64,000 nt of DNA. Source: Basidiobolus meristosporus CBS 931.73 (taxonomy: Eukaryota; Fungi; Basidiobolomycota). The notes below the pieces were generated by a model, which did not search any database, was not told the origin of the DNA, and saw only the letters and a program-made list of their open reading frames with translations. A program made the translations under genes and the position numbers. The stretch lies in the NCBI GenBank assembly GCA_002104905.1, contig MCFE01000047.1, positions 133,528 through 197,527 of the forward strand. The letters run 5' to 3'. Shown in pieces: positions 11,419 through 23,399 of this stretch (position 1 is its first letter; each line of letters begins with the position of its first letter).

Positions 11419-12127
11419 TTAGAATCTGAGCTTAGTGAAGAACCACTTGTTCTTTCCGGTGGTATAACTGGAGGAATCGATTGTTAGCTTGGGCTTAGGG
11501 CGGGTCGTAGAAACATAGGCTTACCGCTCCTCGAAAAGCTTCTTGATGGCCTTCTTGGAAGCGTTTCTTTGGGTAGGCTCCTTGAAAGATTCGGGGGAAA
11601 CAGCCTTCTTGATTTCTTCCAACTCCAAACCATATCTACGACCAGGCGGTTTAGTATTGGCCATTTGGGTGATTCGTCGATTGTCGGCTTACCTGGTGGG
11701 CATGATGTGGTTGTAGTTGACAACCTTGATGAAAGGCTTGACCTTGGAGCGCTTGGAGATGCGCTTCTTGCCCATGGACTTGTTCACCTTAAGAGGATAT
11801 CTTTCGACACCAGCGACGATGGCATGACCGTAAGCACGTTCTTTGGTACCTTCATCAAAATGTACAAACAAAAACAAAAATCAAGGTCATTCAAATCTAT
11901 GTGTGGTTCAGTTGGTAGTGGTGCAAGAACATGACAAGTGCAATATGAATCAGTCAGAAATGATTGGTATTTTTTACAACTACGACTTTCTTGCCAGCGT
12001 AGCGGCCTTGGAGAACGATAGCAACCTAGTGTATTCTCGCGGTTAGCGCCATCTCGTCTGCTTCTGAATGGATGGATGCCACTTGGAAGAATGATATTAC
12101 CTTGCCGGGTTTAATGAATTTGACCAT
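11419..12127 (-). CDS. RPL27: 60S ribosomal protein L27 (eL27), 3 exons
   Basis: [53 protein letters not shown]...[13 protein letters not shown]...[12 protein letters not shown]. Intron 2 must be AT-AC to restore KNFDEG. Confidence 0.97.
11862..11970 (-). other. Non-canonical AT-AC intron (109 nt) in RPL27, candidate minor-spliceosome (U12-type) intron
   Basis: Minus strand: gta aaa a|ATACCAATC...ATGACCTTGATTTTTGTTTTTGTTTGTAC|at ttt gat gaa. CCTTGAT lies 19 nt from the 3' end. None of the GT-AG combinations I tried keeps the frame. Confidence 0.8.
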
Positions 12128-12499
12128 TTTCGTGCGAGGTATCTGCCAAGAGATAGAGGGTTTTTTCCATACACACCATCGTTACCTTTAACTGATTCCC
12201 CGGATCCAGTGGATCGCCTCCTATCCCTCGTTCTGCAAATCAAGCACCCCAAATCACGGATCCCGAGCCAGTCAGTGCAGCGCTTCAAGGGCTTTTAGTT
12301 TAAGATCACGCTATCTCGATCAAGATAACCAGAATGTTGAGCCATGGTATGTGGATGTGATCTTAAAGTTAACTAGAATCCAGATTAATCGCATATTTTT
12401 GTTCCTTTTTTTTTTCGTGACAGGCTCAAGTACCAAGAATACTGCGAAATTTAGAACTCCTTTATTACCTCCTTCGCAGAACGTGATAGAGTGAACAAT

Positions 12500-13823
12500 A
12501 TGGCTATTGACCGTAAGACAGACGAAAAACTCACCTTCGAGACCAGTGAAAGCGTCAAGGTGGTTTCCACCTTTGATCAGCTCGGTTTGAAGGAAGATCT
12601 TCTACGTGGCATCTATGCCTACAGTAAGTCATCACCTCGCACCCATGCGGTTGGCCGTATTGACTTTTCTCGTGGCTAACCAGCTTAACTCCGTAGATTT
12701 CGAAAAGCCCTCCGCCATCCAGCAACGTGCCATTGCTCCTATCATGAAAGGACGCGACGTGATTGCTCAGGCTCAATCTGGTACCGGTAAAACTGCCACC
12801 TTCTCCATCTCCATCCTCCAAACTGTCGACACCTCGATCCGTGAGACACAAGCTTTGGTCCTTGCTCCTACCCGTGAGCTTGCCACCCAGATTCAAAACG
12901 TAGTCTTGGCTTTAGGAGATTACATGAACGTGCAGTGCCACGCCTGCATCGGTGGCACAAGCGTGGGTGAAGACATTCGTAAGCTCGATTATGGACAGCA
13001 CGTAGTTACCGGTACTCCCGGAAGAGTATACGACATGATTCGTAGACGTAACTTGCGCACACGTAACATTAAAATGCTTATCCTCGATGAGGCTGATGAG
13101 CTACTCAATCGTGGGTTCAAAGACCAGATCTATGACGTTTACCGCTACTTGCCACCATCCACCCAAGTGGTATTGCTCAGCGCCACACTCCCACATGACG
13201 TGCTTGAGCTTACCACCAAGTTCATGACCGACCCAATCCGCATTTTGGTCAAACGTGATGAGCTTACCTTGGAAGGGATCAAACAATTTTTCGTAGCCGT
13301 GGAGAAGGAGGAGTGGAAGTTTGATACCCTCTGCGATCTGTACGATACCTTGACCATTACGCAAGCCGTAATCTTTTGCAACACCAGAAGAAAGGTCGAT
13401 TGGTTGACCGAGAAAATGAGAGAAGCCAACTTCACGGTGTCCTCCATGCACGGAGAAATGCCCCAGAAAGAGAGAGACTCCATTATGCAGGAGTTCCGAC
13501 AGGGCGCTAGTCGTGTGCTGATTACCACCGACGTCTGGGCCCGTGGTATTGACGTCCAGCAAGTCTCCCTGGTCATCAACTATGACCTTCCGTCCAATCG
13601 TGAAAACTACATTCATCGGTAAGGTTTCATCCCATCAGACATATCAGAGGCGGATACTAATGAGCATCGTTAATATAGTATTGGTCGTTCCGGAAGATTC
13701 GGTCGTAAGGGTGTGGCCATCAACTTCGTCAAGAACGACGATGTCAAAATCCTACGCGATATAGAACAATACTACAGTACACAGATTGATGAGATGCCAA
13801 TGAACGTCACCGATCTGATCTAA
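12500..13823 (+). CDS. FAL1: DEAD-box helicase eIF4A-III / Fal1 (3 exons)
   Basis: [21 protein letters not shown], and the eIF4A3-type [32 protein letters not shown]. Confidence 0.95.
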
Positions 13824-14038
13824 GTCTTGATCTCTTACTCGCATATCAACCACCCAAGAAATGAACCCCCCTTCCCCCATAATTCTTTGCGTTGGATGGG
13901 CTATGTACATTATTCGAACACAATAAAGAGAACCCCACCCCGATGACACACCGACTCTTTGGCAAGAAAGGTTTATTGATGAGTATGCTGTATATGATGA
14001 TATGGGAATATTGGGTGGAATAGGAAGACCAATTGATC

Positions 14039-15662
14039 CTAGTTTTCTACGATTTCACCAATCTTTTGGCCGACACGGACCACTTGGTCGGGCTTAAGGT
14101 TGAACTTGAAGTTCTTGGGCGCTTCGAACACCAGCACAATGGTGGAACCGAGACGGAATCCGCCAACCTCGTCACCAGCACGGAGTGGATATCCACCCAA
14201 ACGGTTGCTGTAGCTCTCGTACGAAACTTGAGTGTAAGTCCCTTGTGGGATGACCTCCTTCTGGTTGGTGCGAAGTTCCTAATGGCCAATGGTTAGTACC
14301 TGATGCAACGGATCCACACAACACCATCAAGTTACTTTGTCGAAGTTGATCTTGATAGAGCCAACATTGGTGGCTCCAACGGGGGCCATGGCGAAGAAAC
14401 CATGACGCCACTGGCCCATCAGCACTACACGCTCGTTGAGAACGAAGAGGTTGGAGAGGAGCTTAACCATGTACGGGGAAACGGAGAAGAGCTCGCCTGA
14501 AACCCGAAACAAATCAGTTAAATGTTCGTGTTGATTCACACACTACTACCGCTCACCAGCGAAGTGACGTCTGTTCTTCACAACCCAGTTTGTGGGCGAA
14601 TGGAAGCGATGATAGTCCCCGGGGGCAAGATAGATAACACAGAAGAAAAGCTCATTCCCCTCTTTCAACGGTGGAATATGGTACTGCTCGGATTTATCCG
14701 ACTGTAGGGCAACCTCCCCATTTTCACCCAAAAGCTTGTCAAGGGAATACGAGATACCGTTCACATTCGCAAATTCTTCTTCATCGGCGATATTGCTAAC
14801 GTGAGCGTTGTTGATCCACTCGTTACTTTGACCATTACCATTCCCGATAAACGCATCCAAGTTGTATGTGAATCCCTTGATCTGCTCTACTACTCGACCC
14901 TCAACAACACCAAAATGAAGGACCTTTCCATCTGAGGGGCTTACCTGGTTGGTTGTCAAGAATGTGAGCACCAGAAAGCGATGCAAATGTATGTCTACCT
15001 ACCATGATTCCTTCCTCGATTGGTCTGGCTCCCGGTTTCAATGTTCTGTAGAAGAAATCACCCAAGTTCGGGTAGGATTTCAAGTCGGGATTTTCCATCT
15101 CATCCAAATTGCAGCCAAAAACCCAACTGTAGAACTTGTATCCAGGTTCGCGGAGCCATACGGGCAAGGTCACCCCGTTGAATGACCCAAAGAGACGAGA
15201 GAGTGCTTTCAATGGAAGAGCGCCAAAGACATGTACCTTTCGTAGTATCCTTTCTGTTAGGCAAAATAACTGGGAGTAGCAGAAGGAGCTTTATCGAAAT
15301 ACCTGCCAGGGGCCGACCACTACGGGTGCTCTGTGCTCGCCAATTTCGGCTTGCTTTTGGGCCTCTCTTTCACGGACATGGGTATAGTGTTGGAAACCAA
15401 TATACGCTAGACCTAGGCCGACTGGAATTGGTGCCCACTCAATTGGCGTGTCTTTAATCTTTTTTCTTAAAGTTGCTAAACAAGTAACAAGCGGTTTAGT
15501 GGAAGCCCCAAAACATGCATAGCACCAATTTGAAATAATTATACCGAAATTCTGACTAGCGCCATATCTTGAGGCAGTGTAGTGGAATTTGCGACTAGGT
15601 GTCAGCACAGAGTGGGATTTGAAGGCTCGAAGGAGCGGGCTTCTGGTGCTATATCTCAACAT
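14039..15662 (-). CDS. PSD1: Mitochondrial phosphatidylserine decarboxylase (5 exons)
   Basis: Presequence-like N-terminus, [45 protein letters not shown], and the autocleavage motif [16 protein letters not shown]. Confidence 0.95.
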
Positions 15663-16133
15663 TAGGTCTCGTTAACAATTCACCTTCGGACTTTCGAAGA
15701 CCACCTTTTTGACGTGACAACTGCAGGTTTTTTTACAAAAAATTCACATTCCTCTGGGATGATTAAATATCGAAAAGATAAGTCACAACCATCACCACTC
15801 ACGATAATTACGCATTCAGCATAATGTGCATAAGTTAGGAAAGTTGAATAAGCAGTTGACCGGGGTTGATTTACTCGCCTTAAATAGCTATCAAAAATAA
15901 CCCCGTGAATGCGGCAACAGAGAGTATTGCGTCACATCCAAACATATTACTGCTTTATCTTGAGACTTACACAGCATCCACAGTGAAAAAAAAAGAAATT
16001 TTTTTGTCTCCTCTATTCTAAATCGATATAATCCAATCAGATCATTGGGAAAATGTCCTATAAAGTAAAAGCCGCCTAACAACTCACCTCTTGCTTTCTT
16101 CTCAGACATTTCGAAGTAGAGTTATTCTTTATC

Positions 16134-16737
16134 ATGGCTTTCCGTCGTCCAGGTCACAACATTTGCTATAACTGCGGTGGTTCCGGCCATCAAGCCAAGG
16201 ATTGCACCAAGACCGAACCCGTCTGGTAAAATAGTCTCCACCCTTCCTTTTCACCAGCCCACTCTTTAACACCATTCTATAGCTACAACTGCAACCAAAC
16301 TGGCCACATCAGCCGTGAGTGCAAGGAGCCTGCTGCTGCCAAGACTTGTTACAGATGCGGAGAGAGCGATCACCTTGTAAGTATCGTCACTGTGTGGTTT
16401 ATGACTTCTCAGACACTAATCGTTCTTTGTACAGTCTCGTGATTGCCCCAAGACCCTCGCCGAAGGACCCGAATGCTACAAGTGCGGTCAATCTGGACAT
16501 ATGTCTAGAGCCTGCCCTGAAAACGCCAACAGCGGACGCAACGCTGGCAAGAGCTGCTACTCCTGCGGTGGTTACGGCCATATGTCCCGCGATTGCTCCA
16601 AGGGTAGCAAGTGCTATAACTGCGGCAACACTGGCCATATTTCTCGCGACTGTACCGAGAAGTCTAACCAATCATGCTATGCCTGCGGTGGTCAAGGACA
16701 CATCAGCCGTGATTGCCCCGACAGAGCTCAGGCTTAG
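16134..16737 (+). CDS. GIS2: CNBP/Gis2/Byr3-like CCHC zinc-knuckle RNA-binding protein (3 exons)
   Basis: Seven C-x2-C-x4-H-x4-C knuckles after splicing two GT-AG introns. Confidence 0.9.
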
Positions 16738-17176
16738 ATGGACTCGAGATATTTTCAGTATAAAACAGTTGGTGTTGAGATAGGGGAGTAAAAAGTAGTG
16801 GAGTACTGTGGCAGTGGCACTATACCTTAAATGATTAATGTTCTTAATCTCCTACCCTTTATCGTTGAAAAATGTCGTACATATGTACTATACCATTTTC
16901 CTCCTTTTGTAAATTCTCTTTCATCGCCAATTTGCTTATTATTTTACGAAATTTAGTCTGAACCAACAGCAATATAAACCATTAATTCAACCATCTCCTT
17001 GTCTATCATGCTGATAGGGATTTTCCCGGAATGCGCCAATTGTTGTCACTCCATGATGGAAATTCCAGCCACTAAAATGATGTTACGTCCATGCTGGAAT
17101 GTTGGTGAAATATGCCCAAGGAACCAGTGGATGCTTTTTAAGCTGTTGTTTTTCTTTCTGGGAAGTTTTTAGTAGA

Positions 17177-17627
17177 ATGAGTGTTGTCCCGGCAGTGAAG
17201 AAGCTCGTTTCGAAGTATCATTCGGACACCCCGCAGAGTCTGAAGCTCATAGATGCGTACCTAGTTTACATTTTGTTTACCGGCATCTTCCAGTTCGTTT
17301 ACTGTGTAATTGTTGGCACCTACCCATATAATGCTTTCCTCGCTGGCTTCATATCTACTGTGAGCTCTTTCGTGTTGGCAGGTAACCCGGCCTTTTTTAT
17401 CCTAGTTGGCCTTCGATTCCCAAGCTAATTCCAGTTGTTTACAGCCAATCTTCGCATACAAACTAACAAGAAAAACAAAGATTTTCCCGCCGTCTCTAAT
17501 GAAAGGTAATCTTCAAATAATTGCGTATATGCTGTTCATCCTCTAACTGTTCGCCACCAGAGCTTTCGCCGATTTCGTTGTTGGTAGCCTTGTGGTGCAT
17601 TTGATTGTTGCAAACTTCCTTGGTTGA
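17177..17627 (+). CDS. OST2: Oligosaccharyltransferase subunit OST2/DAD1 (3 exons)
   Basis: [53 protein letters not shown]...ERAFADFVVGSLVVHLIVANFLG*. Confidence 0.93.
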
Positions 17628-18066
17628 TCCGATGATATGCTTGCATATATCTTATCACTGATTGCGCTCGAACACATTTATGTTGGATGACCTTTGATTT
17701 TTACAACTGCTTGTTCAATATCCTTGAAAACCTTTTGGGGCATTATTGGTTCCTTCTGAATGTCATCCATAATAAAGCATCCAAGACCCACCCTCCCATT
17801 GACACAAAGTCCCAATATGAGGAATGATCACCTAGTGACGTTCTAGAATTGTTCATTCCCAACATCTCATTCCACATCAGGATGAATCATCAAGTTTTGC
17901 GGCCCCCCCAAATTTTCGAGCAACTCAGCAATGAATTTGGGGGGCACTCGGATGTGACCTGATTCAGATCAGGTTCCCCAGTAAATACGGCTCGACTGAT
18001 AGCAATATTATTTCGCCAGTGTATGTTGTAGCCACTTTCCTTTGAACCTCTGATTCAATAGTTAAA

Positions 18067-18404
18067 ATGGCCTTTGCCTGGAGAGCTGCCAACTTTAGGT
18101 ACCTCTATGAGTTTTCGCCTTCGGAATAGAGTCCAGGATTTTTGACCTCGATTTCTTCACTAGTTACCTTCAATATAGCCAGATTTGCGCCAAAGCCGTG
18201 CGTAGCGCTTTGAAGCAGGAGCAAAGACTTGTTGCACAAAAGCGCGAGGAGCAAGGTCTCAAGTTTGCCAAGTGGGCGAATGGAAAGCAAGGTGAATTGG
18301 TAAGTGTCGAGGAGAAAGGTTTAGGCAGCACCTCGCAGGGATCGATCCAACTTACTTCTTCCCTTTAGACCGCTGTTGCCGCCGAAGTACCCAAATCCGC
18401 ATAA
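18067..18404 (+). CDS. ATP15: Mitochondrial F1 ATP synthase epsilon subunit (3 exons; not in the ORF track)
   Basis: Spliced: MAFAWRAANFSYLQYSQICAKAVRSALKQEQRLVAQKREEQGLKFAKWANGKQGEL..., matching the W-R-x-A...Y...A..VR.ALK epsilon signature. Confidence 0.9.
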
Positions 18405-18732
18405 ATTTTCAACCCTTATTCACTTCAATAAAGCCTACTTGGTGCTTTACTTTCACCGGGTACGATTAAAACGTTATATCTTTGGATTAATATGGTTTAC
18501 GTGAGGTGTTGTACAGTCCTTCGTACATCGGGTTTTCTCGGCGGTTACTATCAGTTCAACGGAAGAGAACACAGTATTATCCTTCAAGGTGGCTTATTAT
18601 GGCTATTTTGTGGGGCACCGCTTTGCCAGTGCGACACTGATTATGCCTCTGTTGCTCCCCGTCAACTACCAACACGAGTCGAAGTCGCATTATTACATCA
18701 AACTTTCAATAATTTTATTATCGAATGGATTT

Positions 18733-19004
18733 TCAATCGAGTTCAGGTTGTTTGTAGTTGGTGGCCAAGGTAGCCTTCATAAGTCCCACCGTCCCTATGC
18801 TAAAGACCGACACGATGACCATAGGCGTGAGCAATCCATGGGGCTTGAATTCTTGCTGCTGAGTATGACCAGTGCTTAGGAAGCGGCGACGAGCAACATT
18901 GCGAGCCAACAACGACTAACAAGGAAGAATCTTTAAGCCTGGGATCAAAGAAGAATCCTAACGATGTGAGTTACCTTCTGGGAAGACAAGGTGCGTAGCA
19001 TCAT
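18733..19004 (-). CDS. Putative small (about 70 aa) mitochondrially targeted single-pass membrane protein
   Basis: One 59-nt GT-AG intron gives MMLRTLSSQKSLLARNVARRRFLSTGHTQQQEFKPHGLLTPMVIVSVFSIGTVGLMKATLATNYKQPELD*: Arg-rich presequence, RxFLS cleavage-like motif and one hydrophobic segment. Confidence 0.5.
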
Positions 19005-19293
19005 GGGAATGGAGAGTTGAGTGTGACTGGCGAGAGGTGCTCCGTAGACTTATATATAGTAGTGGGAACTGCTTCTTCGAACGAATCCCTGTTGATGTGT
19101 TTCACTCCTCAACTCATCTTTAGAACCAGTAGCCATCACTGTTCTGAATGATTCATGCTCATCACACGTGACTGGGTAAATGGGTTTATTGTTGGTAGTT
19201 CAGGTGGTTATGAGGCTTAAGTTATACATTTTGTTGAGTGTTGGTGTGTTTCAATTTAGAACCGCTTTAAGTAGTATGTAAAGCAACCGATTA

Positions 19294-19973
19294 TCATTTG
19301 GTTGATGCGCATTCGATAGAGATTTTCTTTGCGAGAGGCTTGTGAAGATCTACCTTGGGTACGTGGATAAAGAGCACGCCATCCTCATAAACAGCGCGGA
19401 CATCCTCGATCTCTACTTTGACTGGGAATACGAAGGATCTCTGGAAACGAGAATATTTACATTTATCGACTTCAGTCAACGAAGGGAGGCCAGGGTGTGC
19501 ATGGACCAGCTCCTTTGGTTGAGGGCCATCAATCTCTCGAATCCCCAAGAAGCTATCCAAAATCCTTCCGCGTCGTTCGATTGTGCCGTGAACAACCATT
19601 GTTGTTTCGTCTATGAACTCCAGGTTGATGTCTTTCTTTCGGACCCCTGGAAGTTCCACTTCAATGAAATAGGAGCCGTCATTTTCTACCATGTTGGGCT
19701 AGTTAGTTGAGAATGTCAAATATGAGAAGGGTGTGGTAGTTGATGGATACCGGATAGCTCTACTGCAGGCTTGAAATGTTCCTCGCTTTCCAGCTCTTGT
19801 TCAACGGGGCGAAGAATCGTTGGTTTTGTCAAATGGATGGAATGATAGTTGGTCACAGGTCTATAATGAGTATGTCCTGCACGGCGGTGTGCAGTGGCAG
19901 ATAGCGGTTCATCCAGAATGGCCACAGCATGGCGAACACTAGGGGCAACCGAAGAAAACACTCGAGAGAACAT
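19294..19973 (-). CDS. Small heat-shock protein (HSP20/alpha-crystallin), 2 exons
   Basis: Splicing 19686-19750 gives KPAVELSENDGSYFIEVELPGVRKKDI...FQRSFVFP...AVYEDGVLFIHVPK...KKISIE. Confidence 0.88.
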
Positions 19974-20451
19974 CACACCTATTAAACGGACGAACTAATG
20001 GAAAAATAGGAAGAAGCGGAAAAGAAGTTTGTATGGTAAAGGTCTAATTGCATTCCACGTTGAAGTAAAACTATTACGTTTCTCCCGACCTGTAGATATA
20101 TAGGAATTAGAAACCCGGCTCTCTTGATCCCGGTTTCACGCCCGAAACATTAAAATAGAATGGGCCAGAACGACGACCGTTGTGCCTTGTAACCGGCAGT
20201 CGCCTGTTGCTGTGGTACAAATATTCCCGTCATTAAATTGATTTGACAATTGTACATTTTATTGCTCTGCCTCACATGTATCCAATTCAATAGTTTTAAG
20301 AGTGATCTAGAGTGCATAGGATTAATGCCGAAGTCTTCTGCTCTAACTCACCAGCCCACTCCGTCACCCATGTGTTTGGCAAAGAAGCTTTCCAAAGTAT
20401 CAATGAACTATAGGCAAAAGCGATACTTCTAGTATATTTGTGACAGCATCA

Positions 20452-21084
20452 TCATTCATTGGAATGAACGAAATGAAACACTATCACATCTCCGCTTTGC
20501 AATACCCTCAAATCCTCGTCCTCTAGTATTATGGATGCAGTATTCTCTAGAAGTATGGCCTTCACTCTAGACACCTTTCTGTCTTCGTACAATTTCTCAT
20601 AGGCCAAGTCAATCAAGTTGCTTAGGTTCTGTTTAGATATGTCAAAGACCACGGTTCGACGCCAAGGCAACTCGTAATCTTCCACCACTTTTGTGGCATG
20701 TTGTAGTGCTAATCGAATCTCTCCCGACGCGTTGCTTGTAGTGTGAGGTTGTGCCTCGGAATTGTGAGCTTGAATCTCGTGTGTGTCATCCGTGTCCTCT
20801 TGGCTTTCGTCGCCAGAGGGAGCTTCTAGATGAAATGGAGTTGAGTCCACAACACATTAAACGCGGTTAATAAATACTCCTTCACCTTGCGCTTGAAGAA
20901 AATTGCGCTTATGTTTCTCTGTCTTCTCGTGTTTCATAATGGAAAGCGAATCCAACGTATTTCTCAACTTGATGTTCACGTCACATATTTTGCAAGTGAC
21001 GGCGGAGTCTTCTCCGACTTGGAATACCTCGGGTTTCTCTATCACCACTCGTTTCCACCGCTCCTCTGGCGTTAACTTTGGCAT
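20452..21084 (-). CDS. Hypothetical protein with N-terminal C2H2-like zinc finger, acidic linker and small C-terminal domain (2 exons)
   Basis: CKICDVNIKL...KHEKTEKHKRN; the 60-nt GT-AG intron 20826-20885 joins ORFs 20857..21087 and 20452..20850 in frame. Confidence 0.65.
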
Positions 21085-21362
21085 CAAGGAACTACAATGC
21101 AGTAGGCGGTACGGCTATAAATATTGCAGGGAATGACGGAACAACGATTTTTCCAAATGCCAATTTCAAGTGGCTTTTACTCATTTATCAGATAACCTTC
21201 AATCGTTCTAGCTTAAATCATGAGCATTTGGATTTATTATACATTTATACTATGGTACATAACAGCAGAAATATTTGATCTCTAAAAGGCGAGAAATATT
21301 ATTCTTTCTATACGGATGATGTAGATTGAACATGCGGTGAAGTATAGAAGCGGTTGCTGGGA

Positions 21363-22340
21363 TCAGGGTGTCAGATAGACATTGTTGTGAAGAGCCGTGG
21401 CACGGGTATTAGAGATTTCAGGAGAGAAGTGGATCTCCTTGGGAGGGGAGTTGAGCAAGTACGATAGGGAGCACTGAGACTTGCTTTTCTCCGCAAAAAC
21501 CTTGTTTTCATGGCGCTGGGTGTGCTTCTCGAGATGCTTGTGATTTCTAATTGGAGGTGGGGATGTTCTGACTTGATAAGGTGAGAATCGATGAGGATGG
21601 GATGGCTTTTGTTCAGTTTTTGTTGCAATGGGCTCGGTCTTGGAGCGATGGGTACGTATCTGATTCTTTAGGAACTCCTCCCAACGAAGAAATATGGTTT
21701 CTGGGACCAACAGTTGGTAATCAACTAATTTCAAGAAGGTCAGCTCGATACAATTAACTTCCTCGACACTGACTCCCATAATGCTGGCCCAGGTGCGATT
21801 TTTGTAATTCTTGTCTTGGGTGAATTTCGAAGCTGCGATAAGGGAGGCCATAAACATTCGTCTTCCACAACGTGCGAAATCCATAAAACTCTCTTTCTCG
21901 AAACAGGCGTCTTTGGGTTGAAGCTTTAAAAGATACAGCAATCCCAAAGACCAAACCCCCAGAGTCACTTTGGAGCGCTTTGCCGTCTCCATGATAAATT
22001 GTGCAAGTGGGACCATTTGGCCAACGTCTGAGCCAAACTTCCTAGACCACACTCCGTCTATAAGATTCACAGTAACGTCTAAAGAGAAAACCAGTTAGGC
22101 AATGTTCCATATAAGTGATTGTTACGCTAGAGGCGATATGGCTTCTAACAGCAGCTAGGGTTCGTTATGCTTACCAGTCATGCATTCTAAGGTGTACATA
22201 TCCAAAGGTACGGGTAAAGTGTCAAGGGTGGGGAGGGTTTTGGAAGAGTTTTCACATTGGATAGCTAAGCTATTGTCACAACAACAACAAGCAGAATCAG
22301 TACAAGAACAAGAAATTTTGGCTTTCATTGGAGACTCCAT
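21363..22340 (-). CDS. Pho85-type (Pcl/Clg1-like) cyclin, 2 exons
   Basis: Cyclin box AQFIMETAKRSKVTLGVWSLGLLYL...RRMFMASLIAASKFTQDKNYKNRTWA...VNCIELTFLKLVDYQL. Intron 22079-22174 joins the Cys-rich 5' exon. Confidence 0.85.
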
Positions 22341-23399
22341 TTGAGTGTAGATTAAAAGAACTGTACAATATGCTCAAAAGAAGTTGGTTGCTAATATGGG
22401 GGATTGAAGCTGGTAGAGATTTATATACGCCTTGACACCTTGATCAGGTATGAAATAAATGATCGAGATTCTGACGTCTTGGGCAAAAGTCACATCTTCA
22501 TTACAAATTTGAAATATTGCACCTTCTCGCAGCTAGAAATATCGATACAGCAATCACGCTATATATTATCGGGATTATTCATGTTATTCCATGGAAATAC
22601 GTACAGATAGTTCTCCTTGAAGCCCAATTCGTATGTTTGTAGCACCTGACTGTATTTAGCAAATTCTCCTTGCGCGACTGCTCAATCGCAGTGGCAGATG
22701 TGGTTTCCACCAGGATGGCGGGAGTTGAGATGTTGATGATGTGCTCAATTCCAATCTCACGAGGCCAATCACTATGCAAGAGGTCCAAATGGAGTTGGTC
22801 AGACGTGGCCAATCACTCGAATCTTTCAGCCATTTTAGAAGCTTGTTAATACAAACTCATTCAAACAGAAAATCACGCCATTTGTGACCCCCAAATTGAT
22901 GACCAGCCAAATAAGGCATTTCAGGATAAACTATTCGTAGCATGCCATCCTGCCCATCAGTGATGACCTCAAATCACGCAAGATTAGCCTGGGACGCATT
23001 ATTTGAGGTGACTTACCGAAGAAGGGAAAGGAGGTTGAATGTTTTTCCTCAGCAGGATTGTGCACTAGTATAAGGTTAGGATTAGATGCAAGTATATGGA
23101 TGTTGGCTAATATAAGGTTAATATAATATGAGTTGTTGGTGTTGTATAGATTCAGAGTTACTGGCCGAATTTCATGCTGGAATCACGAGATTGCCGCATG
23201 TGGCTCCGAGTGTTTAGGCCATGAACAACCTTATGAACGGGTTTATTGTCTCTGAATGAGTGAAGATACAAGAAATATGACTGGATGGGAGATTAAAATA
23301 CTATTTGCTAAAACATAAAGTAATGACTTCTTGACTATTTTTGGGGGGAGAAGGTCGAGGTTATCTTACATCTCGATGGGTTGCGCATATCCTAGTAGC

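Noticed and set aside
11862-11970. snoRNA hosted in the long RPL27 intron
   Set aside because: CTGA boxes are present, but there is no upstream C box (RTGATGA) in the correct order and no H/ACA hairpin pattern.
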